Positions 42,443 to 53,797 are shown, counted from the first letter of the stretch. The stretch: 64,000 bases of DNA from Methanomassiliicoccaceae archaeon (GCA_963728405.1 CAVSJV010000013.1:1-64000); one strand, 5' to 3'. Numbers and translations are program-made. Notes: generated by a model not told the origin, from the letters alone.

Positions 42443-42895
42443 ATGAACATCGTAGAACGGTTGAAAGAGGAGCATGTGGAGATACTGGCGTCGATGAACG
42501 AGCTGCTCAGCAGTCCCATCGACGACGTGGAGAAGTATTCGAAGGCGTACCTGGAAGTGATGAGGAGGATCGATGCTCACGAGCGGGGAGAGGAGCAGAC
42601 CATCTACCAGGCATTGTCAACAGACATCGATGTCCGTCCCATCGCCCTGCAGGCCATGGAGGAGCATCGGGTCGTCCGCCAGATACTCAAGGACCTGGCC
42701 GATGTGGAGGTCACCGAAGAGGTATGGCTCCCTCGCCTGGTGGTGGCCAACAATATGATCGCCCTGCACGTTCAGATCGAAGAAGGAAACGTTCTCCCAC
42801 TGGTGCAGGAGATGCTCGACGACACTCAGAAGGAGCTGTTCGACAAGGAGTTCGTCACGGCGGAACAGAGGATCCTGCAGGAACTCCGAAGCTGA
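42443..42895 (+). CDS. Hemerythrin-like (HHE) domain protein
   Basis: EH, HERGEE, EH, HVQIEE di-iron motifs. Confidence 0.9.
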   Translation: MNIVERLKEEHVEILASMNELLSSPIDDVEKYSKAYLEVMRRIDAHERGEEQTIYQALSTDIDVRPIALQAMEEHRVVRQILKDLADVEVTEEVWLPRLVVANNMIALHVQIEEGNVLPLVQEMLDDTQKELFDKEFVTAEQRILQELRS

Positions 42896-42940
42896 GCGTC
42901 GACTCACTTTTATTTAGTGAGGAACAATCTCCCGGTCCTG

Positions 42941-43550
42941 ATGGACCTAGAGCTCATCTTCGTCACCGCCTTTGTACTGGAGATAATCTTCTGTGCAATA
43001 CCGGGGGCCATCACCGCCGAGGCATTGCGGTGGGGGGTGAGCAGAGGGTTGCGCCCCTCGCTCCTGGTCCAAATGGGTTCGATCGTCGGCGATACGGTGT
43101 GGGCCATCATCGCCCTAGTGGGGCTTGCGTTCCTCGTGGAGAGCCAGCCGGTGCGCCTTCCTCATCTATCTGGCCTGGTCGGCTTTCTCCGAGGCCCATA
43201 AGGGTGGCATGCCCGAGACCAAGCCCGGTCAAGAGCGGGGCGATTTCATGACCGGGGTCATCCTATCTCTCGGCAATCCCTTTCAGGTCGCGTTCTGGCT
43301 GGGTATCGGGGCGACCACTATTGCGGCCATCGCTCCTGATCCACAGGTCTCTCACTACATCGCATTCATTCTGAGGTTCGAGCTGGCGGCGGTCCTGTGG
43401 TGTTCTGTCTTTGCCTACGAGGTCGGCTATGGTCGAAAATACGTCAACGCTAGGGCCTTCCAGATCATCGAGGTCGTCTGCGGTATCTTCCTGGCCTACG
43501 TCGGCCTGAACCAGTTATGGTCGACCCTCGACTCCACCGGATTTTTCTGA
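42941..43550 (+). CDS. LysE-family transporter (frameshift near 43160)
   Basis: PGA..G..GD..W, GVILSLGNPFQVAFW. Confidence 0.85.
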
Positions 43551-43645
43551 GCTAGTTTCCCTCGTTCCATCCCTGCCTGGCAACTGTCCACCGGCCCTGG
43601 GGCCGGCAGGGGAGGTTTCCAGGAAGGCGACCATCCTCCCGCCGT

Positions 43646-45328
43646 TCACTGGGTGAAATAGGCCTGGACCCGCGGAGAGGTCGTTTCGATGCGGGCGAAC
43701 CCGAACCGTTCGAACTGGACCACCTTCCCGGTCTCATTGGCCGGGATGTTCTCGGCGACGCCCTTCCTTATTGAGCCGTCGGGCATGTGCACGTCGCATT
43801 CAGCTCCGTCGATGGGGGCCCAGTGCGCGATCTTCACGCCCTCCCGGAGCACACCATGGTCGTTGCCAGTGTATACGCCCTTCCCGTTCTCCCAGCGAAG
43901 GTTGCACAGGTCCTTCAATCGCACCGAACCGCGCTCCTTGAAACCTTTCAGGTCGTCCGCGGTCATAAGGACCCTTACCGGTGCTTTGATGATGTGGTCC
44001 CTGGTCCCCTTCTCCGGGTGGTCCGGATGCAGGGGGGAGCGTGAGCTGATGCTCTCCACGCCGATGATCTCCACCGGCTGGGGGTCCCAGACGAAGAAGT
44101 AACGGTCCGCTATGGGGTCGATGATCTGCTTGTTGAACGCGTACAGGTTGTCCCAGGCGAACTCGATGTCCACGTCCTTCATTCCGACGTCCAACCAATA
44201 GTGGCGGATGGCATCGGCCTGGATGCCTCTTTTGGCCATGGCTCGAACGGTCCCCAGCCGGACATCGTCCCAGCCGGAGTACTCACCGCTCTTGATGCCC
44301 TTTCCCACCGTAGAGGTCTTCAAAATGGCGTCCGGGATCTGGACCAGCCCATAGTGGTGATACCACGGTTTCTTCCAGCCGAAGTAGTCGAACATATACT
44401 CCTGGCGGAAGGTGTTGTTGAGATGGTCCTTGCCCCTGATCATGTGGGTCAGGCCCAGAAAATGATCGTCCACGGCCACCGAGAAGTTCATCATCGGATA
44501 GACGGTGTAGCGGGTCCCGGTTCTGGGATGGGGGATGGAATCCACTATGCGCAGCCCGATGAAGTCACGAACGGCCGGATTGGGATGCTTCAGGTCGGTC
44601 TTGACCACGAACACCGCCTCTCCTTCGCCGAAGACGTGGGACAGCATCTTGTCCAGCAGTTCGTGGGCCGCCTCTGGCGCCTGCTCGTGGTGCGGGCACG
44701 CCCGTCCCTCCTCCTTCATCTTCCTCCAGGGGTCGGCCGGACAGGTACAGACGTACGCCTTGCCCAGGTCGATGAGCTGCCGCGCAATGTCATAATAGAG
44801 GGCGAACCTATCGCTTTGGATGACCGTCTCATGAACCTCGATGCCTAGCCAGGCCAGGTCCTCGGGTATCATTTTATAGGCGTCCGGATCGATCTTGTCC
44901 GGGTTGGTGTCCTCGAGGCGGTCGATATACTTGCCCTTGTATCGCTTGACATATTCATCGTTTAAGATGGCGACCCTGGTGTGCCCAAGGTGCAGCGGTC
45001 CGGAGGGCCCTGGGGCCATGCGCATGATGACCTTTCCTTCCTCAGCGCCTGGCAGGTCAGGCAACACGCTCTTCCGCTCGCATTTGGTCTTCTTCAGGAT
45101 ATTGGGATCACCGATCTCCGCCATCCTGCAGATCTCCTCGAAGGGCATGGCCGCCACCTCGCGGCAGACCTCTTCAGCGGCCGCCGAGACCTCTCTGGCC
45201 CGGGAACGGAGCTCCGGCTGCTCGGCCAGGACCTTGCCCATGACGGCTTTGGGATTGGCCTTGCCCCCGTAGAGGGCAGCATTCTGCAGCGCGTACTTCC
45301 TGATGGCCTCTATGAGTTCGGCGGACAT
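43646..45328 (-). CDS. gltX: Glutamate--tRNA ligase (archaeal)
   Basis: RMAPGPSGPLHLGH, EDTNP, RGKDH, QFERFGF. Confidence 0.96.
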   Translation of the reverse strand: MSAELIEAIRKYALQNAALYGGKANPKAVMGKVLAEQPELRSRAREVSAAAEEVCREVAAMPFEEICRMAEIGDPNILKKTKCERKSVLPDLPGAEEGKVIMRMAPGPSGPLHLGHTRVAILNDEYVKRYKGKYIDRLEDTNPDKIDPDAYKMIPEDLAWLGIEVHETVIQSDRFALYYDIARQLIDLGKAYVCTCPADPWRKMKEEGRACPHHEQAPEAAHELLDKMLSHVFGEGEAVFVVKTDLKHPNPAVRDFIGLRIVDSIPHPRTGTRYTVYPMMNFSVAVDDHFLGLTHMIRGKDHLNNTFRQEYMFDYFGWKKPWYHHYGLVQIPDAILKTSTVGKGIKSGEYSGWDDVRLGTVRAMAKRGIQADAIRHYWLDVGMKDVDIEFAWDNLYAFNKQIIDPIADRYFFVWDPQPVEIIGVESISSRSPLHPDHPEKGTRDHIIKAPVRVLMTADDLKGFKERGSVRLKDLCNLRWENGKGVYTGNDHGVLREGVKIAHWAPIDGAECDVHMPDGSIRKGVAENIPANETGKVVQFERFGFARIETTSPRVQAYFTQ

Positions 45329-45402
45329 CGGATGCCCATTGGTCATCGCTCTTTTCTACCTTTCGTAGGTGGTGGGCTCAGAGGTACCGTTGCCCCACCG
45401 GA

Positions 45403-45733
45403 TCACGGGCGGTCCCGGTAGTCATCCCGGGGTGGCGAAAAAAACGTCTAGCACGATGGAATCTTCTAGGATGTCAACAGAATGCAGCTCTCCTGACCCT
45501 ATACTGTAACCGTCGCCGCCGGTGAGCTCGTTCCTATCGTCCCCTATGCTCATGATGATGCGGCCGCTGAGCACCATCCCTATCTGTTCGTTGGTATGCT
45601 GGTGAAGCGGGATGGCCGCGCCCTTCTTAAGGTGGAACTCGACCATCTGGCAATCCTTACCGCAGGCAGCTACCCGTCTCTCCACTCCCGGGAGAGGGTG
45701 ATGCCGTGTGGATCCGGAGCGTTGAAAGATCAT
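45403..45733 (-). CDS. Cupin domain protein (probable homopolymer frameshift near 45440)
   Basis: HQHTNEQ..G..H; removing one T restores DVFSPPRDDY. Confidence 0.85.
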
Positions 45734-45863
45734 GCCCACATAATGTGATCGGAGGGGATAAAGCCAGGGCGGCCATCGGCGGCATGTGGCCCAAGGAGAG
45801 ATAAAGAACCTTTTCCGATCCCAATAGGCCCTCAATACCGAGCCCGCACCATGCCCTGCCCCA

Positions 45864-46535
45864 TCAGACGCCAGGGAACCAAGAGGCCAGCTGCTCCGAG
45901 ATGGCGGTGAAGGTGTTTTCCAGTTGGTAGGTGTCGCCGTGACGCGCCTCTTCTATCCTGAGAACGTTCGCCCCCGATGACCTGAGCTCATTGCAGGAAT
46001 CCACGATCTCCGGCACGTCCCGAGAACCGTAGATTATCAGCGTCCTATCGGTCCCATCGTCCCGGCAGGAAGGTAGCTTCTTTAGGATATCGAACACGGC
46101 GTTGGAGTCCTCTGGCCTGACTCGATAGCTTCGTACTTTCTGCAACAGCTCCTGGGTCTTGGCACAGTAGTGCGGATCAAGTGGAGGGGATATGCCGATG
46201 GCGTGGTCGGCACTGCTTATCAATGCAAGACGACCACCCAAAGAATGACCGATGGCCACGATCTTGCCGTACCGCCGGCAATAGCAGATCGCTGCCTCCA
46301 CGTCCATCAGAAAATCGCTGTCCAATGGTAGAGAGTGCTGACCGTGTCCACGGAGATCAATGGCACACGCCGCTAGCCCACATTCGGCCACGCGCCAGGC
46401 CAGCCCCAGCAGCTCTTCCTTGCAACCTCCATAGCCATGAGCTATAACTGCTGCCCCTATCGGAGCGGGCGGGGAGATCATGACGCTGGGTATTTCGTTA
46501 CCAGCGCCCTGAATGGTTGATCGTTCAATGATCAT
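45864..46535 (-). CDS. Alpha/beta hydrolase
   Basis: HGYGG, DLRGHG, GHSLGG, D, H triad. Confidence 0.9.
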   Translation of the reverse strand: MIIERSTIQGAGNEIPSVMISPPAPIGAAVIAHGYGGCKEELLGLAWRVAECGLAACAIDLRGHGQHSLPLDSDFLMDVEAAICYCRRYGKIVAIGHSLGGRLALISSADHAIGISPPLDPHYCAKTQELLQKVRSYRVRPEDSNAVFDILKKLPSCRDDGTDRTLIIYGSRDVPEIVDSCNELRSSGANVLRIEEARHGDTYQLENTFTAISEQLASWFPGV

Positions 46536-46684
46536 CTCTCTAACCTGGCTATTTCCTTGAGGCCATGTTCAGTGAACAATAAGAATGTGCTGTCCGATCT
46601 TTCCTTTCACGGGTACGTTCGGGGCTAGTCCTCATTCACCCTCCCGCCCCATCCATAATATAACCCTCCTCGCGATTACCGGAC

Positions 46685-47947
46685 ATGGCCCTGCGCAATC
46701 TCCTTGCTGAAATGAAGGATGCCATCATCATCGAACAGGACGTACCGTTGGAATACGAGGTCTCCAAGGTATTGATGAAGGACCAAGCCCGGCCTGTAGT
46801 TTTCACCAAACTGCATGGCATGAGGGCTGCCGGCAACATCTGGTCGACGAGAGAGAGGATCGCCGGGGCCATGAAGCTCAAGAAGGAGCAGCTCATCCCC
46901 AAGATGCTGGAGGCTATGGCGTCCCCCTCGCCTCCGAAGCAGGTCGGAGATGCTCCGTTCATGGACGATGTCCGCACGGAGTTCGATCTAACCAAGCTCC
47001 CGATACCAAAATATTTCCCAGGCGATCAGGGGCGGTACATCACCTCGGCCGTGGCGGTCGCCGAGTTCGAGGGCAAGCATAACGTCTCGTTCCATCGCAT
47101 GTGCCTGTTGGACAAGAGGAGCTTCGCCCTACGGCTCGTCCCTCGACATCTGTACACCATGTGGAAGGGAGCTCAGGCCAAGGGCAAGGACCTGCCGGTC
47201 GCTTTCACTATGGGGGTGTGTCCCCCGGTCCTGCTGGCCGCTGCGACCTCTACTGACTATGGCACCGACGAGATGTACATTGCCTCGTCGCTGAAGGAGA
47301 GAACGCTTGGCTCCCCACTGGAAGTGGCGAAGCTGAACAACGGGCTGCTCGTTCCCTCCCAGGCCGAGATCGTGTTCGAAGGCCGGATCACTTCGAAGAT
47401 GGTGGACGAGGGGCCGTTCATGGATATCACTGGCACCTATGATTCAGTGAGGCCGGCGCCCGTCTTCGAGGTTGACCGCCTCTACATGCGCAAGGACCCG
47501 CTGTTCCATCTGCTCCTCCCCGGGGGCTACGAGCACTACATGATGATGGGCCTTCCCCGTGAACCCATTATCTATCGGACGGTTAACCAGGTCGTGCCGC
47601 GGGTTCACGCGGTCCGGCTGACCGAAGGCGGCTGCTGCTGGCTCCATGGCGTCGTTTCTATCACCAAGAACAAGGAGGGGGATGGCATCAATGCTGCCCT
47701 GGCGGCCTTCTCTGGCCATCCGTCGATGAAGAAGGTGACCATAGTCGACCAGGACATTGACATCTTTGACGACCGCGATGTGGAGTGGGCCGAGGCGACC
47801 CGTTTCCAGGCATCCCGGTCATTGGTGGTCGTTAACAACGCCGCCGGCTCGTCCCTGGACCCCAGCTCCGAGGGCACCACGTCAAAGGTCGCCATCGACG
47901 CGACCAAACCGTTCGGGGCCAAGGGCTACGATCGGGCCAAGTTGTGA
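46685..47947 (+). CDS. UbiD-family decarboxylase (probably anhydromevalonate-phosphate decarboxylase)
   Basis: SFHR, EGPF.D.TGTY, GGCCWLH, SSLDPS..K.AIDATKP. Confidence 0.88.
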   Translation: MALRNLLAEMKDAIIIEQDVPLEYEVSKVLMKDQARPVVFTKLHGMRAAGNIWSTRERIAGAMKLKKEQLIPKMLEAMASPSPPKQVGDAPFMDDVRTEFDLTKLPIPKYFPGDQGRYITSAVAVAEFEGKHNVSFHRMCLLDKRSFALRLVPRHLYTMWKGAQAKGKDLPVAFTMGVCPPVLLAAATSTDYGTDEMYIASSLKERTLGSPLEVAKLNNGLLVPSQAEIVFEGRITSKMVDEGPFMDITGTYDSVRPAPVFEVDRLYMRKDPLFHLLLPGGYEHYMMMGLPREPIIYRTVNQVVPRVHAVRLTEGGCCWLHGVVSITKNKEGDGINAALAAFSGHPSMKKVTIVDQDIDIFDDRDVEWAEATRFQASRSLVVVNNAAGSSLDPSSEGTTSKVAIDATKPFGAKGYDRAKL

Positions 47948-48685
47948 TCACTCGGCGTTCACGGGATGAGGTTGGGGGGACAAAGGGTTCACCCTGACCG
48001 CCAATAAGTAAAGGTGAGGATAGTTCTCCTTTAGTTGGCGAAGATGCTCGAACCACTCCATCAGCAGGAGACGGTAGATCTGCTGGCAATCCTCGGCCAG
48101 ATGGGCCAGGTCCGCGTCAGGTATATCATTTAGCCTTTCACGATAGACCAGCTCTTCGCTCAGATGAAGGATCGCCCGTAATAGATCGGTGAAACGGTCA
48201 TGCTCCATGAGCACGGAGTTCTCCATCACCCTCGCCAGCTCCGACCGCTTATCTTTCAGGAAAGCATCCATCGCCCTCAGGTCCTCTGGGCCCGGACGCA
48301 GGTCCAGCTGTAGGGCCTCACATCGGGAGATGGCATCGGAGAAATCTCGGTCCTTCCATTCGGCATCGGTGATAAGTTCCGGTTCCTTACAGATGCCCAG
48401 CTTATCCATGCGGAACAATAGTTCGAGAAGGCCCATTCCCGTCTCGCTGAAGAAGATGGCGATCAGGCTATCCAACTTCGAAAGTTTAGCCTCCCGTTCC
48501 TTCCTGACCAGCATTCCGTCGATGATCAGGTATACGAGCAGCACTTCCAGGAAGACGAAGGCCAGGTCCCCAACGAAATAGATGGCGATGTGGCCGAGGT
48601 CATGGAAAATGAGAAAGTCGAGGTAATAGGTGAACAAGCTGAGGACCACCAGTCCAACGGCAAGGATGAGCTGCCAGCGCCGCAT
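47948..48685 (-). CDS. Hypothetical membrane protein
   Basis: Two N-terminal TM helices followed by a helical soluble domain. Confidence 0.75.
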   Translation of the reverse strand: MRRWQLILAVGLVVLSLFTYYLDFLIFHDLGHIAIYFVGDLAFVFLEVLLVYLIIDGMLVRKEREAKLSKLDSLIAIFFSETGMGLLELLFRMDKLGICKEPELITDAEWKDRDFSDAISRCEALQLDLRPGPEDLRAMDAFLKDKRSELARVMENSVLMEHDRFTDLLRAILHLSEELVYRERLNDIPDADLAHLAEDCQQIYRLLLMEWFEHLRQLKENYPHLYLLAVRVNPLSPQPHPVNAE

Positions 48686-48825
48686 CGAGCCTAATATTGG
48701 ACCCCCCGGGGCAAATAGATGTCGGCAGTCTTGCTCCGATAGGTCAGTGCGGATGTGGGGGAGGACTCATATCCCGCGCCGCTGACCTCCTAAGGGTCGA
48801 CCACGGATAACCCCTATTCGTATGC

Positions 48826-50142
48826 CTACTCGATGGGCTGTCCCCATCGCGCCTTCCTCAGGTCGATGGTCTCATCACGCCTTTTGCCCACGGACACGAT
48901 GCCGATAGGAACGCCCGTGCGCACACTGATGTACTCCAGGTATTCGCGCATTCCTTTAGGTAGGGCGGACAGTCCGTTCTTGCACAGCTCGGCGGTGTTC
49001 TCGTCCCAGGATTTCCAACCGTTCAGCTCCTCGTAGATGGGTTTGGCCCCCTCCACTTTGGAGATGTTCCCGGGGAAGTTCTCGACCCGCTGGCCATCGA
49101 TCTCGTAGGCGACGCACACCTTGATCGTGTCGAGGTCGTTAAGCACATCAAGCTTGGTGACCGCTGTGGAGGTCATCCCGTTAAGGCGAACGGCGTGCCT
49201 CACGACAACTAGATCAAGCCAGCCACATCTCCTCGCTCTTCCCGTAGTGGTCCCGAACTCTCCCCCTACGTTCTGCAGATGCAGGCCTGTCTCGTCCTTT
49301 AGCTCGGTGACGAACGGTCCGGCGCCGACCCTGGTAGTGTATGCTTTTGTAACGCCGATGACCTCACCGATCGCCGACGGGGGTACACCCACACCAGTGC
49401 AGATGCCTGCCGAGGTGCAATTGGAAGAGGTGACGTAGGGATAGGTGCCATAGTCGATGTCCAGCATGGTGCCTTGCGCGCCTTCGAACATGATCTTCTT
49501 TCCGGCCTTGATGGCATCGTTCACCAGGACAGAGGTATCACAGATGTAGGGCTTATAAAATCGGCCAAACTCCAACAATGTCCTCAGAAGAGCGGTCTTG
49601 TCCTGTTCTATCCTGATGCCCAGGGATCCGGCCAGCAACTCCTTGATCGGATAGACCGTCTCGATCCTATCCCGGAGGTACGTCTCGTCGAGCAGATCGC
49701 CCATACGGATGCCGGCCCGGGCGATCTTGTCCGAGTAGCAGGGACCGATACCTCGTCCGGTCGTGCCCACGCCCTTAGAGCCGCGGGCCCGTTCCTCGGC
49801 CCCATCTAGGAGGCGATGGTAGGGCAGAACGATATTGGCCCGGTCAGATATCCTCAGGCCGTTCCCGGTCCGTCCAGTCTTCCTGATCGCTTCCAGCTCG
49901 GTCTTCAAACCCTCGCAATCGATGACCAGGCCATTTCCGATCACCGAAAGCACGCCCTCTCGGATGATGCCCGATGGGAGAAGGTGCAATGCGAAGACCT
50001 CGTTCCCCACTTTGATGGTGTGACCCGCGTTGGCGCCGCCCTGGTATCTTACCACCAGATCAGCATCCTCGGCTAAGTAGTCAGTGATCTTGCCCTTGCC
50101 CTCGTCGCCCCATTGCGAACCTATAACCGCCAAAGTAGGCAT
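48826..50142 (-). CDS. purA: Adenylosuccinate synthetase
   Basis: QWGDEGKGK, GGANAGHT, EGAQG, GTTTGRARRCGW. Confidence 0.97.
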   Translation of the reverse strand: MPTLAVIGSQWGDEGKGKITDYLAEDADLVVRYQGGANAGHTIKVGNEVFALHLLPSGIIREGVLSVIGNGLVIDCEGLKTELEAIRKTGRTGNGLRISDRANIVLPYHRLLDGAEERARGSKGVGTTGRGIGPCYSDKIARAGIRMGDLLDETYLRDRIETVYPIKELLAGSLGIRIEQDKTALLRTLLEFGRFYKPYICDTSVLVNDAIKAGKKIMFEGAQGTMLDIDYGTYPYVTSSNCTSAGICTGVGVPPSAIGEVIGVTKAYTTRVGAGPFVTELKDETGLHLQNVGGEFGTTTGRARRCGWLDLVVVRHAVRLNGMTSTAVTKLDVLNDLDTIKVCVAYEIDGQRVENFPGNISKVEGAKPIYEELNGWKSWDENTAELCKNGLSALPKGMREYLEYISVRTGVPIGIVSVGKRRDETIDLRKARWGQPIE

Positions 50143-50187
50143 CGATTCACCATTGTGGTCATAGGCTACAGTTATATCTAAGTGTCG

Positions 50188-51300
50188 TCAGGCCTCTCGC
50201 GCTGAATCTCGATAGATGTCCAGTACATCTCGGAGAGGCAGATCGGTTCTAATGCCAGTAGGTGTGAAATGGGTCTTGGAGACCCTCCCTGATGAACCGA
50301 GGGATTCCATGACCAGGTCCAGACGCTGAGGTGATACCTTGAGCATCGAGGCGATCTCATCATTCTCGTAGAAGAAGGGGACATCCAGCTCGTTCCTCCA
50401 CAGTTCCAGGTACTTCGTGCACCGCGTCCTGGTCTGAAGGGTCTCCCCCACAGTCATGTTCATCAGCAGTTCCTTATTGTGCAGCGGCCCGAGCCATAGG
50501 GGCCCGATGGACCGAGGCCCTGTCCTCTCGGAACTGACGGTACGTACCCCGGTGGTCCGATCATAATCGATATATCCCAGCCGTTCCAGGGTGGCATCTG
50601 CCTCTCCCCCTCCGTCCCTTACCCGGACATATGTCCGCATGTAGTGGTCCGCATAGAATGACAATAGGCATTCCAGCCCCTTGTCCTCCTTGGCCGCCTC
50701 CCGGGCGATGTGTGCGATCAGTATGCGCACCCCGCTCTCATGACCGAACGGAGAACGCATTGACAACGAACCATACCGCCTTACGCACTTTTTTGGGTAT
50801 GTGCCGGCCAGAGGTGCAGTGTCGGTGGCAGTGATGCCCGCGACCCCATGGCGCTTGAGGCCCTGCATGATCGAGGGGACGAATGGCACCGGTGTGCCGA
50901 ACGGATCAAGGTCGATATAGTCGAAGACCCTCCGAGCCAGAAGGCACTTGAGATCTTCGTTGGACGCCTCAATGTTCGAAAGATGATTAAGCTCGATATT
51001 GGCCCGGATGAACTCGCAGGCCTCGGCATCGCGGTCGTTGGCCACCACCTTGAGGTCCGGTCGCATCTCATGAGCGATGCGGACAGCCCTGGCTCCTGTG
51101 CTGGCCATGGCATCGAGAGCGCTCCTGGCCTGAGGATAGGCGCCCAGGAACATCACCGAGACGTCACGGTTGAAGGCCATCTGATCGTTGAAGAACACGC
51201 GCCCCACTCGCTTTCCTGGTCCCTTCTCGGAGTGGACGGAGGGAACAAAGAGTTCAGTGGCACCTTCAGTTATCTTCGTTGAGCCCTCTGGGAGGCTCAA
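50188..51300 (-). CDS. trm1: tRNA (guanine-N2)-dimethyltransferase
   Basis: VFFN..MAFNRD, IDLDPFGTP, TATD, GPLWLG. Confidence 0.93.
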   Translation of the reverse strand: MSLPEGSTKITEGATELFVPSVHSEKGPGKRVGRVFFNDQMAFNRDVSVMFLGAYPQARSALDAMASTGARAVRIAHEMRPDLKVVANDRDAEACEFIRANIELNHLSNIEASNEDLKCLLARRVFDYIDLDPFGTPVPFVPSIMQGLKRHGVAGITATDTAPLAGTYPKKCVRRYGSLSMRSPFGHESGVRILIAHIAREAAKEDKGLECLLSFYADHYMRTYVRVRDGGGEADATLERLGYIDYDRTTGVRTVSSERTGPRSIGPLWLGPLHNKELLMNMTVGETLQTRTRCTKYLELWRNELDVPFFYENDEIASMLKVSPQRLDLVMESLGSSGRVSKTHFTPTGIRTDLPLRDVLDIYRDSAREA

Positions 51301-51842
51301 AGAAGCTCTCCCTTCATCAGCTTCATGATCTTGTAGGGGAGTAGATTTCGATTGATGGGGGTAACTTCTAGGATCCGGACATCATCCCGTCGCCTGATGT
51401 CCTGAAGAAGGGGATTGCGGGATTTCTTGTGAAGGGTCAGAAGCAAAGGTTTCTCGATGTCCAGTGCATATTTCACCGTCTCGATGAACGGTTCGGACTC
51501 AACCTCCATCCGCCCGACCTCATCGATGACGATGACGTCGGCATCCTCGCAGGCTTTCAACAACGCCTTGACCCCAACGTCTTCCAAGGCCTGGAGGTCC
51601 ACACCGAACTTGCCCACCATGAACTTGGACTGAATATCCACATGTGCGAACACTCCGCGTTCCTTGCTGGCCCAGTCGATGATGGCGAATCCGGTCCGTT
51701 TGCCGTCTTCGACGATGGGCTCGGTGACCATTCCACCGACCTTTACCCCCTCGGCCTCCAACATCTCTATGACCTTGAGCAAAGCGTGGGTCTTTCCCGC
51801 GCCAGGCAGGCCCGTTATGCCGATTTTGATAGTGGTGTTCAT
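51297..51842 (-). CDS. Nucleoside triphosphatase THEP1
   Basis: ITGLPGAGKT, RTGF, VGKFGV, IDEVGRME. Confidence 0.92.
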   Translation of the reverse strand: MNTTIKIGITGLPGAGKTHALLKVIEMLEAEGVKVGGMVTEPIVEDGKRTGFAIIDWASKERGVFAHVDIQSKFMVGKFGVDLQALEDVGVKALLKACEDADVIVIDEVGRMEVESEPFIETVKYALDIEKPLLLTLHKKSRNPLLQDIRRRDDVRILEVTPINRNLLPYKIMKLMKGELL

Positions 51843-52080
51843 TTTGTCACCGAACAAATAGTAAGCAGATCCCAACTTGCGGAAACGATGCCACCCCGTA
51901 TGGCCCTCCTTTCTTAATATGGTTTTCTAGTGCTGCTTCCATATTAAAATGGGGCGGAAAAGTCCCGTATCGTGGCCAAAGAGACGAATTACGGGGCGAT
52001 CATCATGAATGAAATATCAGATGGCTGGCCCGTTGAAAAGATCGTTCTCCTTCCTTTAGTGATCCAGTGGCAAGTTGGGA

Positions 52081-52473
52081 TCACTGGTCGATCTCTTCGA
52101 TCGAACTTATGTACATCAGGGGGTAGCGGATGTCGTCGATGTAGCGCATCTCGCCGATGGCCCGGACCTTGCCGATGAGGATGGTGACCGTCACATCGAG
52201 CATGTCACCGGTCAACGATTGGTAATCATATTCGTTCCTCTTTCGCTTGAGCCTCTCCCGGCGCACGCGGACCTTGACCGATTCAACGAACGGTTGGACC
52301 TTGACCCCTTCCTCGATGGCCCTCTCCAAGCTCTCGACATTAGAGTAGCTGATCGGGGTTCCGATGAACTGATGATAGACTGCAGCCAGCTTGATCCCGG
52401 CCTCGAACACTGCTCTTTCCCTATCGGTGCAATGAAAAAAGCTTGCTGCCCTTTCCTCGCGTGAGGCTCTCAT
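52081..52473 (-). CDS. mptD: Archaeal dihydroneopterin aldolase (DUF381)
   Basis: FEAGIKL..YHQFIGTP, QPFV, YPLMYI. Confidence 0.88.
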   Translation of the reverse strand: MRASREERAASFFHCTDRERAVFEAGIKLAAVYHQFIGTPISYSNVESLERAIEEGVKVQPFVESVKVRVRRERLKRKRNEYDYQSLTGDMLDVTVTILIGKVRAIGEMRYIDDIRYPLMYISSIEEIDQ

Positions 52474-52581
52474 CCTTCAGATCTCTCCGTTACTGGTCAA
52501 TACCTCTCCATTCTTATACATGGTGGAAGGGACGGTTAGCATTAATAGCGTTGCTGGACATTCCCCTCCTGCTCGGGGGGG

Positions 52582-53797
52582 ATGTCGATATTGCCTGTGA
52601 TGGGGAAGTTATCGAGGGATTCCTCATTCTTTCTCGATTTCATTAGGCTGTTGGCCTGCCAGATGGTTGTCCTTGGCCATGTGTTGATCTATTGCAACCC
52701 TCCCGCCACCGGTAATGCCCTGCTCTTCGGCCAGATGATCGCCGGTACGGGTGTGATCATATTCTTTATCATTTCCGGCCTGTTGATCTCCCGTTCTCTG
52801 CTATCGAAGTTGAATGATTTTGATTACGGTTTCAGGAACTACATCATAGATCGTTTCTCCAGGATATATTCCGGACTTATTCCGTGCCTGGTCATCATCA
52901 CCCTGGCCGATCTGGCCCTGGGGTATCTCAATCCTGCTCAATATCTCGTCCTTTCTCAAAGGCTGAGCGCTCCAGACCTTGACCTCCTGGGATTGAACCT
53001 CATGATGCTGCAGCATTTCGATGCTACGTTCATAACGCAGCTGGTCGGAGGCTTCGGGTGGCCCTTACCGGCGAGCGCTATACCGACCTATGGCTTCGAT
53101 CTGCCGCTGTGGACCTTGGCCATCGAGTGGTGGCTCTACCTGCTGTTCGGCTGGGCCGTCATCGGGTGGTACGGCCGGAAACGAAAAAAATCCGCTCATC
53201 TTCGTTCTTGGGTTGGCCGTTCTGCTGGTCATCATCACCGGGTTCCTGGAAGGAAATATTGTCCTGATCGCCTTGTGGTTCGTCGGTGTGGCGATCACCT
53301 TCTTGATGTCCTATTCTGAGCTTAGGACCTGGACCCGGGCCGATCGGAGGTCACTACCGATCCTGCTCTTCATCCTGATGACATCGATCGTTGGATGTCT
53401 AGTGAGGATGATCTTCGCCATGACCTCTACAAATGTCGTGATCGACCCGGTGCTGGCATTGTTCCTCTCGATGATAGTTTTCTCTACCGTATTGATCCTG
53501 GATAATTATCGTCCGGGGGCAGAGGGTCGGGCAGTGGCCGAACTGCCCAGAAGGGCTTTCGCCTTCGGAGCCGCCTATTCATATACGCTCTACTTGGTCC
53601 ACTTCCCCTTGTTGCTTATTCTGGACGGGGCCCTCCCCCACCTAGATAAGACCATGACCATGTTGGCGATCTTTTTGATCGCGAACCTAGTGAGCGTTCC
53701 AGTGGCATTGTTCACGGAGATGCGGCACAAGCAACTGGCCTATTGGTTAAAGAAAAAGCTGAGCATTTACCCATCGCCGCGCGAACCGGTGTCATGA
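52582..53797 (+). CDS. Acyltransferase-3 family membrane protein (frameshift at poly-A near 53185)
   Basis: LDFIR..VV.GH, FFIISG, RFSRIY, WTLAIE, SYTLYLVHFP. Confidence 0.88.
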
